Assembly: GCA_938091905.1 (NCBI GenBank)
Contig: CALKOM010000022.1
Span: forward strand, 1 to 64,000
DNA: 64,000 bases
Origin: an uncultured Verrucomicrobiales bacterium
Lineage (GTDB): Bacteria > Verrucomicrobiota > Verrucomicrobiia > Verrucomicrobiales > DEV007
Reading direction: 5' to 3'
The position numbers were made by a program, and so were the translations under genes. Below, piece after piece: positions 9,739 through 19,075 of this stretch (its first letter is position 1; every line of letters begins with the position of its first letter). The notes below the pieces were generated by a model. It searched no databases, was not told the origin of the DNA, and saw nothing but the letters and a program-made list of their open reading frames with translations.

Positions 9739-12700
9739 ATGCCCCAAAAATCTCCTATCGCCGTCATTGGACTCGGCTGCCGCTTTCCTGGCAGTCCGGG
9801 GCCGGAAGCGCTCTGGGACCGGCTGGCTGCTGGGGAGGACTTGGTGACACGGTGGCCTAAGGAGCGGTGGGATCTTCTGCGCCCCTTCTTCCCCCACCTC
9901 CCCGCCTACGATCCTGACGATGCTCCGTGGGGAGGTTTCATCGAGGACATCGACCGCTTTGATGCGGACCTCTTTAGAATGACTCCCCGGGAAGCCAAAG
10001 CGTTAGATCCACAGCAACGCCTTCTGTTAGAAATCGCCTGGGAGGCCTTTGAAGACGCCGGACAGGGGCCAAATGACCTTTCAGGATCCAGAACCGGAGT
10101 GTTTCTCGGCATGTCCAGCCACAACTATGGTGTGACGTCCTACAACCGAGCTGAGACTGATCTCTATACAACGACGGGCACGAGCAATGCAGTCGCCGCA
10201 AACAGACTGTCCTACCAGTGGAACCTGCGAGGACCGAGCATGACCATCGACACTGCCTGCTCCTCTTCACTCGTCGCCGTTCATCTCGCCTGCAGGAGCC
10301 TGTGGTCCGGAGAATCCACAGCGTCTTTGGCCGGCGGCGTTTCGTTGATGCTTCTACCACAAGTCACTCAGAGCTTCGCCTCGGCGGGGTTCATGGCAAG
10401 TGACGGCCGTTGCAAGGCCTTCGACGCGCGGGCCGATGGCTATGTGCGCGGTGAAGGCACGGGGTTGGTTCTCCTGAAACTCCTGCCAACGGCCATCGCC
10501 GATGGCGATCGCATTCACTGCGTCATTCGAGGTACGGCGATGAACCAGGACGGCCGCAGCAACGGCCTGACAGCCCCTAACCGACACGCTCAATCTCAAC
10601 TTCTCCGAGACGCTTATGAAGATGCGGGTATGGAGTCCTCTGAGGTGGACTACATCGAAGCCCACGGAACGGGAACGAAACTCGGAGATCCCATGGAAGC
10701 GAAGGCTCTCGCGGAAGCGTTGGGGACAGCACGGCGAACAGATCGTCCATGTCTCGTCGGTGCCATCAAGACTAACATAGGCCATCTCGAAGCCGCTGCG
10801 GGAATCGCTGGGCTCATCAAGACTGTCCTGGCCATACGCCATCAGCGGATTCCATCCAATCTTCACTATCAGTCTCCCAATCCTCTCATCCCCTTTGATT
10901 CGCTAGCCCTCAAAGTGCCGACCCGTCTAACACCGTGGCCAAACACCGCTCAACCAGCCCGAGCCGGGGTGAGTGCCTTTGGCTTCGGGGGTACCAATGC
11001 CCACGTCGTGCTTGAACAAGCTCCTGCCCCCTCAATTCCTCAGTACACTGACGACCGTGCTTCCACTCATCCTCACATTCTCACGCTGAACGCGCGTACA
11101 CCCGATGCCCTCAATTCGTTAGCACGCCGCTACGTCAACCATTTCGAGCGACATCAAGAAATATCCGTGGCAGATGCCGCTTACACTTCCCAGGTTGGAA
11201 GGGCAGCTCTACGATACAGGACGAGCCTGACAGCGAGAAGCCGCGAGGAGATGCTGGCGAAACTGAAGGAGACCGCGATGTCTTCGACATCCAAGAAGAG
11301 CGCCGTCACTCCCTCGCCCTCCGTCGCCTTTCTGTTCACAGGCCAGGGCGCCCAGTATCATCGAATGGGTCTGGCACTCTACAAAACTCAATCAGTTTTC
11401 CGCCAGCAGATGGATGCCTGTGCCAAGGCTCTTTCCGAATCTCTTGAGATCCCGCTAATTGACATCCTCAGGGGCGCGGGCAATGACCCGATCCTGTTGG
11501 ACCAGACCAACTACACACAACCAGCCCTCTTTGCCCTGGAACTCTCCTTGGCCCGGCTCTGGATTTCTTGGGGAATCCAGCCGGACTATTTGTTAGGGCA
11601 CAGCCTCGGCGAATACGTGGCAGCGACGCTCGCCGGAGTCTTTTCTGAGCGGGATGGAATTCGACTGATCGCAGCACGGGGGCGCCTTATGGCCGCGCTA
11701 CCTCAAAACGGGAGCATGGCTGTGGCTGAGACCGACGCAGAATGGGTAAAAGCACAGATCAAAGAGGAAAGCGATTCTGTTGCCATAGCAGCAATTAACG
11801 CGCCTGACCAAGTCGTCCTCTCCGGCGAGCAAGAGGCGATGGACAATCTGATTGCCTCCATTCGGAACGCCGGCCACAAGGTCAGACCGCTCCAAGTTTC
11901 CCATGCCTTTCATTCTCCGCTCATGGAACCCATGCTCGGAGAGTTTGAAGAGATCGTCCGCTCAACCCAGCTTTATCCTCCAGACAACGGGCTTAAGCTC
12001 ATTTCAAATCTCACCGGTAGGTTCGTCGGCGACGAAATTGCCCAACCGGAGTATTGGTGCCAGCAAATTCGGAACACGGTCCGATTTGCCGAGAGCGTCC
12101 GCTCCCTCGAAAAGTGTCAGTGCGACGTCTTTCTGGAGATTGGACCACACGCCATCCTCAATCCACTCGTGACCCGAAACCTCTCTGAGGAACCTTCAGG
12201 AAACAGCCCACTCTATGTCCAAAGTCTAATCAAAGGAGAGGACGATTCCCGCGTCATGCATGAATCTCTTGGGGCCCTTCACGATCGGGGGTGCCAGGTT
12301 GAGTGGGCAGCACTCCATCAGGGCAAGCCTCGGTCCCGCATCGAATTGCCCACATACCCCTTTCAGCGGTCTTCATTCTGGATCGATCCGGGGCCAGTGC
12401 CAGCCAGTTCTCTTCAGGCAAATCACGCGAAGGACTACTACGAACTCTCCTGGGAAGAACAGGAGCTTCATCAAGTAGTAAACGGCGCGCCAGTACGATG
12501 GTTTCTGCTTCTAGATGACAAAGGAGTGGGGCAAGCTCTGGCAAAACAACTGCGTATAACCGCGCCGGGCGACGACGTCATTATTATCCGCCGAGGTCTT
12601 CAGTGCCAACAAGTCTCCGAAGACCACTGGACCATCCGTCCGGGGAATGTCGACGATATCTGTACCTTGCTGAGCCATTGGAAGACCAAGCCTGACATTA

Positions 12701-15090
12701 AGTTCCATCATTTCGTCCATCTTTGGTCTCTGGACGCACCTGCCTTAGCCAAAGGTTTCGCCCCGACGCAAGCGGCGAAGTCCCTCACCTGTCAAAGCAT
12801 CCTCGCCTTGGTTCGCGCCTTGTCGACGACCCAGACCAAGATGGAAGACCACACTAACCTGCGGATCTCCATCGTCACCCAGGGAGCGGCTCCACTGGGC
12901 GACAATGCACCACCAGTCAGCAGCCTTACCCAATATTTCGCACGCGGTCTGGGCAAGAGCCTAGCCCTGGAACACCCTGAGTGGTGGCACGGAATGATCG
13001 ACCTTGAAGAGCATCGCTCTAGCAAAGGCACGCCCATTCAAGGCCTGACTGAGGCTCTGCGCTCAGAATCTCCGTGCCAGGAGTTGGCCCTTCGAAACGG
13101 CCTCTGCTTTGCGACACGCCTGAAACATCAGAAACTGACACCATCTCCATCTCCCAACCCGATCCATTTCCAGTCGCCCGCGACCTATCTTGTGACCGGA
13201 GGGTTTGGCGGCCTGGGCTCCGAAGTGCTCCCACGCCTCCACCGAATCGGGCTGGACCATCTCACCGTCCTGGGACGCCGTCCCGCTGACGACCCCTACG
13301 TGGTCGAGCGACTTGCAGCCCTCTCGCGTTTGGGAGCGAAGATTCTCTACCAATCTGTTGATGTGAGTGACCTTCAGGCGCTCCGGGCTTGCATGAACAG
13401 CGTGATCACGATCCACGAACTCACTATCAAAGGCATTGTTCATGCCGCTGGGATGACGGGAGTCGAAAGCGCGAAAGACATGGATTGGACTACGTTCGAC
13501 TCTGCGCTCCACGCGAAGGGCGACGGTGCCTGGCATCTTCACACTCTGTCCCAAGAACTGAGCCTGCCCCTAGACAACTTCATTCTCTTCTCCTCCATCG
13601 CAGGAACGTGGGGCTCCAAGGGACAGACTCACTACTCGGCCGCGAATCATTTCCTCGATGGTCTGGCGCACTACCGAAGATCACAAGGCTTACCGGCGAT
13701 CAGCATTGCATGGGGGCCATGGGAAGCCAACGGCATGGCCTCCGAGAGCTTCCGAGAGCGCCTGGAAAGTTTAGGTATCCGATCGCTTTCAACAGCTCAG
13801 GCCCTTGACTGGTTGGAATGCGCTCTCACAAAGAATCACACACCGGAACTCCCTCCCGTCCCCGTAGTAGTCGAAGCGGACTGGAATCAGGTTGCAGCTA
13901 GTTTCAGAGCTCAGGGCAGCGGCCAGATGTTCGAACACTTAACGGACACTAGCACGACACCAGCGTGTTTCTCTCCTATACCAACAGATGCCCAAGCGTT
14001 GGAGCCCGAGGTGAGACAAATCTGGCAAGACTGTCTCCAGGTTGATCCAATTGACCTGGACGACAGTTTCTTTGATCTTGGCGGCGACTCTATGGTCAGC
14101 ACCAGTCTGTTCGTTCAGATTCGAACGCGATGGGGAATGGAAATGTCAGGCAGCGCTCTCCTACGGGCACCGACATTACGCCAATTCTGTCAGGAAATTC
14201 TCTTGGCGCACCGAAGCGGTGCCGTGGGAAACGAGACCAAAGTCAATTCCGTGGTGACCATTCGGAAAGGGAAGAACGGAGAGATGCCATTCTTCTGGAT
14301 TCACGCCATTGGCGGAGGTGACGGGATAGGGTTTGTCCGCTTTCACGGACTTTTTGATGATTTATCAGACCGTATGGGTGGCACCTGCTATGGCCTTCGC
14401 AGCCATGCAGAGCCCTTCGAAACTGTCGAAGCGATGGCACGCCAGTTCATCGAAGACATGCGAGTCGTTCATCCCACCGGGCCCTACGCATTGGGAGCCT
14501 ACTGCACCTCGGGGGTGGTAGCCTATGAAATGGCCCGTCAACTTTCCGAGGCGGGCGAAGAGGTAAGTGCTCTCTTCATGATCGATACTCCTCCAGCGGT
14601 ATCCGCTTCCAAACCATCCATGGCGAGGAGGTTTCTCGGACTCTGTCAAAACACTCCTCACTGGCTCTTTGACAACGCCAGGTCAGGCCCCACCCGCCTC
14701 GCACGGAAGATCGGCCGCGGCGGCACGATTGCCAAGCGTAAGATCGGCCAGCGCTTGGGCATGACCTCACGCCCATCCATTGAGCTGTCCGATGTCATCG
14801 ACATGGAACGCTACCCCGTCGCTTCGAGAAAATACGCAGAAGCGCACTGGCGCGCCTACCGATCCTATCAACCGGAAGGCTATCGCGGAACCCTGACACT
14901 CTTTATTCCAAAAATCCGCAGCCTGCTTTGGTCCGATAGCGTGTCAGCTTGGAGATCATTCGCTCCGAGTGGTATGGAAGTGGAAGTCATTCCCGGCAAC
15001 CACTCATCGATGCTCGAATCTCCTCACGTAGACGAATTGGTATCCCGCATGCGCCGCCGAATTCGCAGATCCGAGGCACCCCCCGTTTAA
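9739..15090 (+). CDS. Single-module type I polyketide synthase KS-AT-KR-carrier-TE
   Basis: KS: DTACSSS, HGTGT, HLEAAAG. AT: GHSLG, HAFH (malonyl type). KR: TGGFGGLG, SSIAGTWGSKGQTHYSAAN. Carrier: FFDLGGDS. TE: GPYALGAYCTSG...IPGNH. No DH or ER motifs seen. Start probably ATG 9739 (the track gives 9688). Confidence 0.95.
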   Translation: MPQKSPIAVIGLGCRFPGSPGPEALWDRLAAGEDLVTRWPKERWDLLRPFFPHLPAYDPDDAPWGGFIEDIDRFDADLFRMTPREAKALDPQQRLLLEIAWEAFEDAGQGPNDLSGSRTGVFLGMSSHNYGVTSYNRAETDLYTTTGTSNAVAANRLSYQWNLRGPSMTIDTACSSSLVAVHLACRSLWSGESTASLAGGVSLMLLPQVTQSFASAGFMASDGRCKAFDARADGYVRGEGTGLVLLKLLPTAIADGDRIHCVIRGTAMNQDGRSNGLTAPNRHAQSQLLRDAYEDAGMESSEVDYIEAHGTGTKLGDPMEAKALAEALGTARRTDRPCLVGAIKTNIGHLEAAAGIAGLIKTVLAIRHQRIPSNLHYQSPNPLIPFDSLALKVPTRLTPWPNTAQPARAGVSAFGFGGTNAHVVLEQAPAPSIPQYTDDRASTHPHILTLNARTPDALNSLARRYVNHFERHQEISVADAAYTSQVGRAALRYRTSLTARSREEMLAKLKETAMSSTSKKSAVTPSPSVAFLFTGQGAQYHRMGLALYKTQSVFRQQMDACAKALSESLEIPLIDILRGAGNDPILLDQTNYTQPALFALELSLARLWISWGIQPDYLLGHSLGEYVAATLAGVFSERDGIRLIAARGRLMAALPQNGSMAVAETDAEWVKAQIKEESDSVAIAAINAPDQVVLSGEQEAMDNLIASIRNAGHKVRPLQVSHAFHSPLMEPMLGEFEEIVRSTQLYPPDNGLKLISNLTGRFVGDEIAQPEYWCQQIRNTVRFAESVRSLEKCQCDVFLEIGPHAILNPLVTRNLSEEPSGNSPLYVQSLIKGEDDSRVMHESLGALHDRGCQVEWAALHQGKPRSRIELPTYPFQRSSFWIDPGPVPASSLQANHAKDYYELSWEEQELHQVVNGAPVRWFLLLDDKGVGQALAKQLRITAPGDDVIIIRRGLQCQQVSEDHWTIRPGNVDDICTLLSHWKTKPDIKFHHFVHLWSLDAPALAKGFAPTQAAKSLTCQSILALVRALSTTQTKMEDHTNLRISIVTQGAAPLGDNAPPVSSLTQYFARGLGKSLALEHPEWWHGMIDLEEHRSSKGTPIQGLTEALRSESPCQELALRNGLCFATRLKHQKLTPSPSPNPIHFQSPATYLVTGGFGGLGSEVLPRLHRIGLDHLTVLGRRPADDPYVVERLAALSRLGAKILYQSVDVSDLQALRACMNSVITIHELTIKGIVHAAGMTGVESAKDMDWTTFDSALHAKGDGAWHLHTLSQELSLPLDNFILFSSIAGTWGSKGQTHYSAANHFLDGLAHYRRSQGLPAISIAWGPWEANGMASESFRERLESLGIRSLSTAQALDWLECALTKNHTPELPPVPVVVEADWNQVAASFRAQGSGQMFEHLTDTSTTPACFSPIPTDAQALEPEVRQIWQDCLQVDPIDLDDSFFDLGGDSMVSTSLFVQIRTRWGMEMSGSALLRAPTLRQFCQEILLAHRSGAVGNETKVNSVVTIRKGKNGEMPFFWIHAIGGGDGIGFVRFHGLFDDLSDRMGGTCYGLRSHAEPFETVEAMARQFIEDMRVVHPTGPYALGAYCTSGVVAYEMARQLSEAGEEVSALFMIDTPPAVSASKPSMARRFLGLCQNTPHWLFDNARSGPTRLARKIGRGGTIAKRKIGQRLGMTSRPSIELSDVIDMERYPVASRKYAEAHWRAYRSYQPEGYRGTLTLFIPKIRSLLWSDSVSAWRSFAPSGMEVEVIPGNHSSMLESPHVDELVSRMRRRIRRSEAPPV

Positions 15091-15096
15091 AAACAC

Positions 15097-16905
15097 ATGA
15101 ACCCGGCCCAAACTATTGTCGACATTCTCCGCATTCACGCCTCGCGGAATCCAGATCGCCTTATCTATCAGTTTCTCAGGGACGGCGAGATCATATCCTC
15201 AACACTAACTTGCGGCGAAATCTTGCAGAAAGCCACAGCCGTTGCGGATCAGCTCCACTTCCACGGAATCAATCGCGGAGAGCGCGCCCTATTGGTTTAT
15301 CCCTCTGGTCCGGAATTTGTCATCTCCCTTCTAGGCTGTATGGCAGCGGGTGTCATCGCAGTACCAGCCTCCGCTCCCCGTCCACGACGCCACGACGAGC
15401 GGCTGGAGAGGATCGTCAGAGACGCAGAAGTGTCCGCGATCCTCACAAGCGAAACGCTTGTCGACGATCTTCAAACGCGGATGGTGGATTCTTGGAGAGA
15501 CGGGGCAGCCCCCCGCCTCATCACCCCAAACCAGCAAGAGTCACCAAGCCCATCGACCTCCATGCCCAACCTCGGCTCGGGCGACATAGCGTTCTTACAA
15601 TACACCTCCGGCTCCACAGGCAAACCCAAGGGAGTCATGGTGTCGCACGGAAACATACTGAATAATCTATCATACATCGAAACCGCATTTCAGTTAGTTC
15701 CATCTGAAACGGTGTCGGTCACGTGGCTTCCCAGCTTCCATGACATGGGCCTAATCGACGGCCTCTTGGAGCCCCTCTACCTCTCTTGCCCTGGCATTAT
15801 CATGCCACCTGCCGCGTTCCTTCAGAAGCCAGTCCGGTGGCTTCAGGCGATCTCGAACTTTCGAGGCACTCACAGCGGAGGGCCCAACTTCGCCTACCAG
15901 TTATGCGCCCGCATCAATGAGAACCAGAGAGAAACCCTGGACCTGAGTAGCTGGACGACTGCCTACAGTGGTGCCGAGCCCGTCCGAGAATTGACCATTC
16001 GTCAGTTCTCCGAGGTCTTTCGTCCTCAAGGATTCCAGAAGCGCTACTTCTACCCCTGCTACGGCCTGGCTGAAAACACCTTGATGGTTTCCGGTGGCAT
16101 GGCCGATACCCCTCCAGTAGCTCTCCAATTCCACACGCAATCACTACTGCGAGGGCAGGCTCAATTGGCACATAGTGGAGAGGAACCAAGCACGACCTTG
16201 GTGAGCTCAGGCAAAGTGTGGCTGGACACCGACCTTCGCATCGTCAATCCCAAAAACTGCCGAGAATGCACACCCGGCGAGATCGGGGAGGTTTGGGTGA
16301 AGGGCTCGAGCGCAGGACAGGGTTATTGGCAAGACTCGGCTAGAACCGATGAAACATTTAAGGCGCAATTGGAGAAACTGAATGGCTGTCTTGACGGTCC
16401 CTTCCTACGTACCGGGGATCTTGGGTTCCTTTGGGATGGTGAACTCTTCGTGGCCGGGCGCCTTAAAGACGTCATTATCATCAAGGGACACAATCACTAT
16501 CCTCAGGACATCGAGGCGAGCGTCGAGGAGTGTCATCCGTCTCTCCGTCCGGCAGCCTGCGCCGCCTTCTCCGCTCAGGATGGCACTGACGAAAGGCTGG
16601 TCCTGGCCGTCGAAGTAGAACGGACGGCCCTCCGGTCGTTCGACGAGAAATCGGTCTTCGCCGCCATCCGGCGTGTCGTTTCTGAGAACCATGATCTCTC
16701 GGTTTCCGCAATCTGTCTGCTTCGGCCTGGGAGTATCCCCAAGACCTCAAGTGGGAAGATCCAGCGGCACCGGTGTCTACAAGCCTTCCTTTCCAATCAA
16801 CTCCGCAGCGTCGCCTCATGGTGTAGGTCTAACATCACCCCAGAGAATCAACTTGTTCGTCTTAGTGACCATGAATTCTTCCTACAGCCCAGCATTAAAT
16901 CCTAA
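15097..16905 (+). CDS. Fatty acyl-AMP ligase (FAAL)
   Basis: FLQYTSGSTGKPKGV, WLPSFHDMGLI, YGLAE followed by a FAAL-type insertion, LRTGDLGF, NHYPQDIE, IPKTSSGKIQR. Confidence 0.92.
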   Translation: MNPAQTIVDILRIHASRNPDRLIYQFLRDGEIISSTLTCGEILQKATAVADQLHFHGINRGERALLVYPSGPEFVISLLGCMAAGVIAVPASAPRPRRHDERLERIVRDAEVSAILTSETLVDDLQTRMVDSWRDGAAPRLITPNQQESPSPSTSMPNLGSGDIAFLQYTSGSTGKPKGVMVSHGNILNNLSYIETAFQLVPSETVSVTWLPSFHDMGLIDGLLEPLYLSCPGIIMPPAAFLQKPVRWLQAISNFRGTHSGGPNFAYQLCARINENQRETLDLSSWTTAYSGAEPVRELTIRQFSEVFRPQGFQKRYFYPCYGLAENTLMVSGGMADTPPVALQFHTQSLLRGQAQLAHSGEEPSTTLVSSGKVWLDTDLRIVNPKNCRECTPGEIGEVWVKGSSAGQGYWQDSARTDETFKAQLEKLNGCLDGPFLRTGDLGFLWDGELFVAGRLKDVIIIKGHNHYPQDIEASVEECHPSLRPAACAAFSAQDGTDERLVLAVEVERTALRSFDEKSVFAAIRRVVSENHDLSVSAICLLRPGSIPKTSSGKIQRHRCLQAFLSNQLRSVASWCRSNITPENQLVRLSDHEFFLQPSIKS

Positions 16906-16917
16906 CGATTTCCCACA

Positions 16918-17187
16918 GTGAGCATAAACACTCCCCCCACGGCTCGAGAGATCCAAGACTGGTTCTTACCGAAATTAGCCAATGCGCTAGACCTCCCTAT
17001 AGAAGAAATAGAGCTGGATACCTCCTTTGCCGAGTATGGTCTGGATTCTTCCGTCGCTCTCGGCCTAACTGGCGAACTCAGTGACTGGCTCCAGGCCCCG
17101 TTGGAGGCCACCACCCTCTGGGACTATCCCAATATCAAAACCCTTGCGGCCAGCCTAGCCAGGCTCGAAGCGGAGTCCTCGGGCTAA
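16918..17187 (+). CDS. Stand-alone acyl carrier protein
   Basis: 89 aa, acidic; FAEYGLDS phosphopantetheine site and LWDYPNI motif typical of FAAL-partner ACPs. Confidence 0.92.
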   Translation: MSINTPPTAREIQDWFLPKLANALDLPIEEIELDTSFAEYGLDSSVALGLTGELSDWLQAPLEATTLWDYPNIKTLAASLARLEAESSG

Positions 17188-17199
17188 AACAAACGAACC

Positions 17200-18450
17200 A
17201 TGCCTGAATCAGCCCCCCTATCCAGTTCACTTCGATTCAATCCGTTGAGCGAAGAATTTCAGGAAAACCCCTATCCCTACTATCAACGTCTACGCGAAGA
17301 GGATCCGGTTCATCGAAGCTGGAGCTTCCAACCCGAATGGATTCTAACCCGCTACGACGATGTCCGCCGCGTGCTCCTCGACCGAGAAGTCTTCGCAGTC
17401 GAGAAACTAGATCAAAAGCTGCGGGCCAAGAACCGCCTTCTCGCCGCTGAGGGCAAAGATCTCAACAGTCTCGTGAACGTCACAAGCGGTTGGCTTCTAT
17501 TCATCGATCCTCCGAACCATACGCGCCTCCGCAGCTTGGTCATCAGAGCTTTCACCCCACGAGTCGTGGAGGACATCGCCCCACAGATTCAGGATATCGT
17601 CACCGGGTTGATCGACGCCTTCGCCGGGGACCAAGAAGTGGACGTCGTCAGAGGCCTAGCCAGTCCGCTTCCGGTAATCGTGATCGCCACGATGCTAGGA
17701 CTCCCCATTGAGGATCAGGAAAGACTGAAACATTGGGCAGAAACAATGTTTCGAGTGGTCGATCAGCTCCACACACTGGACGGCTACGTTGAAATGGAGA
17801 CCTCGGCTCGGGAGTTCGGCTCCTATCTGAGAGAATTAATAGAGAAACGGGAAAATCACCCGCCACGCAAGGATCTCCTAGGAGCCCTCTTGTCCGCTCG
17901 CGACAAAGATGATCGCCTGAGTCACGACGAGATCATTAGCTTCACGATGTTGCTCTTCAGCGCTGGCGAGGAAACCACTCTCAATCTCATCGGCAACGGA
18001 TTACATGCCCTCTTACATCATCCTCAGGCCTATCGCCAATGGCAGCAAGAGCCTAAACTCACCAACTCTGCAGTGGAGGAATTCCTTCGCTTCGACAGCC
18101 CCGTGCAGTTGATCTCCCGTGTCGCAGTCAGCGACCTTCAGCTTAATGGCAAGATGATCAAGGCTGGTGATCGCGTCGTGGCCTGCCTGGGCGCCGCCAA
18201 CCGGGACCCAAAGCAATTCTCCCGTCCTGATCACCTCGACCTCGCTCGTGCAGACAACCGCCACCTCGCCTTTGGCGGCGGCCTGCATCATTGCGTGGGA
18301 GCGCCCCTCGCCCGTCTTGAGGGCCAGATCGCCCTTCGTTCATTGTTAGACCGATTCCCAGATATGACCCTCGTGCCCAATAGCGTAATACGCCGCCCGA
18401 ACCGGGCCTTGCGCGGTCTCTCACAGCTGATCGTGCGTTTGGTTCCCTAA
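17200..18450 (+). CDS. Cytochrome P450 (CYP107/BioI-like architecture)
   Basis: DPPNHTRLR, I-helix AGEETT, EEFLRFDSP (ExxR), AANRDP and heme ligand FGGGLHHCVG. Confidence 0.95.
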   Translation: MPESAPLSSSLRFNPLSEEFQENPYPYYQRLREEDPVHRSWSFQPEWILTRYDDVRRVLLDREVFAVEKLDQKLRAKNRLLAAEGKDLNSLVNVTSGWLLFIDPPNHTRLRSLVIRAFTPRVVEDIAPQIQDIVTGLIDAFAGDQEVDVVRGLASPLPVIVIATMLGLPIEDQERLKHWAETMFRVVDQLHTLDGYVEMETSAREFGSYLRELIEKRENHPPRKDLLGALLSARDKDDRLSHDEIISFTMLLFSAGEETTLNLIGNGLHALLHHPQAYRQWQQEPKLTNSAVEEFLRFDSPVQLISRVAVSDLQLNGKMIKAGDRVVACLGAANRDPKQFSRPDHLDLARADNRHLAFGGGLHHCVGAPLARLEGQIALRSLLDRFPDMTLVPNSVIRRPNRALRGLSQLIVRLVP

Positions 18451-18556
18451 CGCAAAGCAAGCCTCCTTTCGCAGCGAAGGCCCCCGAGAGATCTGGGCAT
18501 AGTCCTCAATATGGCTTCAGCAGGGCAAAGGCAACGACAACGCCGCCCTGCAACGA

Positions 18557-19072
18557 TCACGTCCAGCTCCGGCGGAGGCGGACTATCAACGGCTGAGCGA
18601 AGAGGTAGAGCCCGCTTACTAGCATCACAAGTAGGACAACGGCTGAAGGGAGGAAGATCCAAAGTTTAGCCAAGGGGTGGAAGAAACTTCCGTCGTGAAT
18701 CGACTCGATCAGATCGGATCTGCGATAAGCCGTCTGGAGGACCTCGCCTGTGGCCAAGTCGACCTGCACTTCCCAACCGTTGTGGCTCTTCACTTTGACG
18801 ACACCTTTCGAAGCGCGCACATCGAGTCGCTCGATGTCGTCCCAGCTGGTGATCGCAGCCGCCTCGACACTGGCGGCCGCATTGTAGATCTCTTCGAAAC
18901 CAATGGTCGGCAACTTGCTGCTACCATTGATTGTGTCTGGCTGAATCCAGGCAAACTCTTTCTTGAGGAGGAGCAGAACACCTGTGCCAATGACAACTAG
19001 CAGAGGTACTGCTACGAGGAGCGAGGCCCAGTAGTGCGTCCTACGAGCCAAGCGCTTCCATGAAAAGTTCAT
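18557..19072 (-). CDS. PepSY-associated TM helix domain protein
   Basis: RRTHYW plus TM helix at N-terminus; IESIHDGSFF plus TM helix with SGLYL at C-terminus. Confidence 0.8.
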   Translation of the reverse strand: MNFSWKRLARRTHYWASLLVAVPLLVVIGTGVLLLLKKEFAWIQPDTINGSSKLPTIGFEEIYNAAASVEAAAITSWDDIERLDVRASKGVVKVKSHNGWEVQVDLATGEVLQTAYRRSDLIESIHDGSFFHPLAKLWIFLPSAVVLLVMLVSGLYLFAQPLIVRLRRSWT

Positions 19073-19075
19073 GAA

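Noticed and set aside
17200..18450. OleT-like decarboxylating P450
   Set aside because: It has the conventional AGxET acid-alcohol pair and CYP107-like motifs, not CYP152 features.
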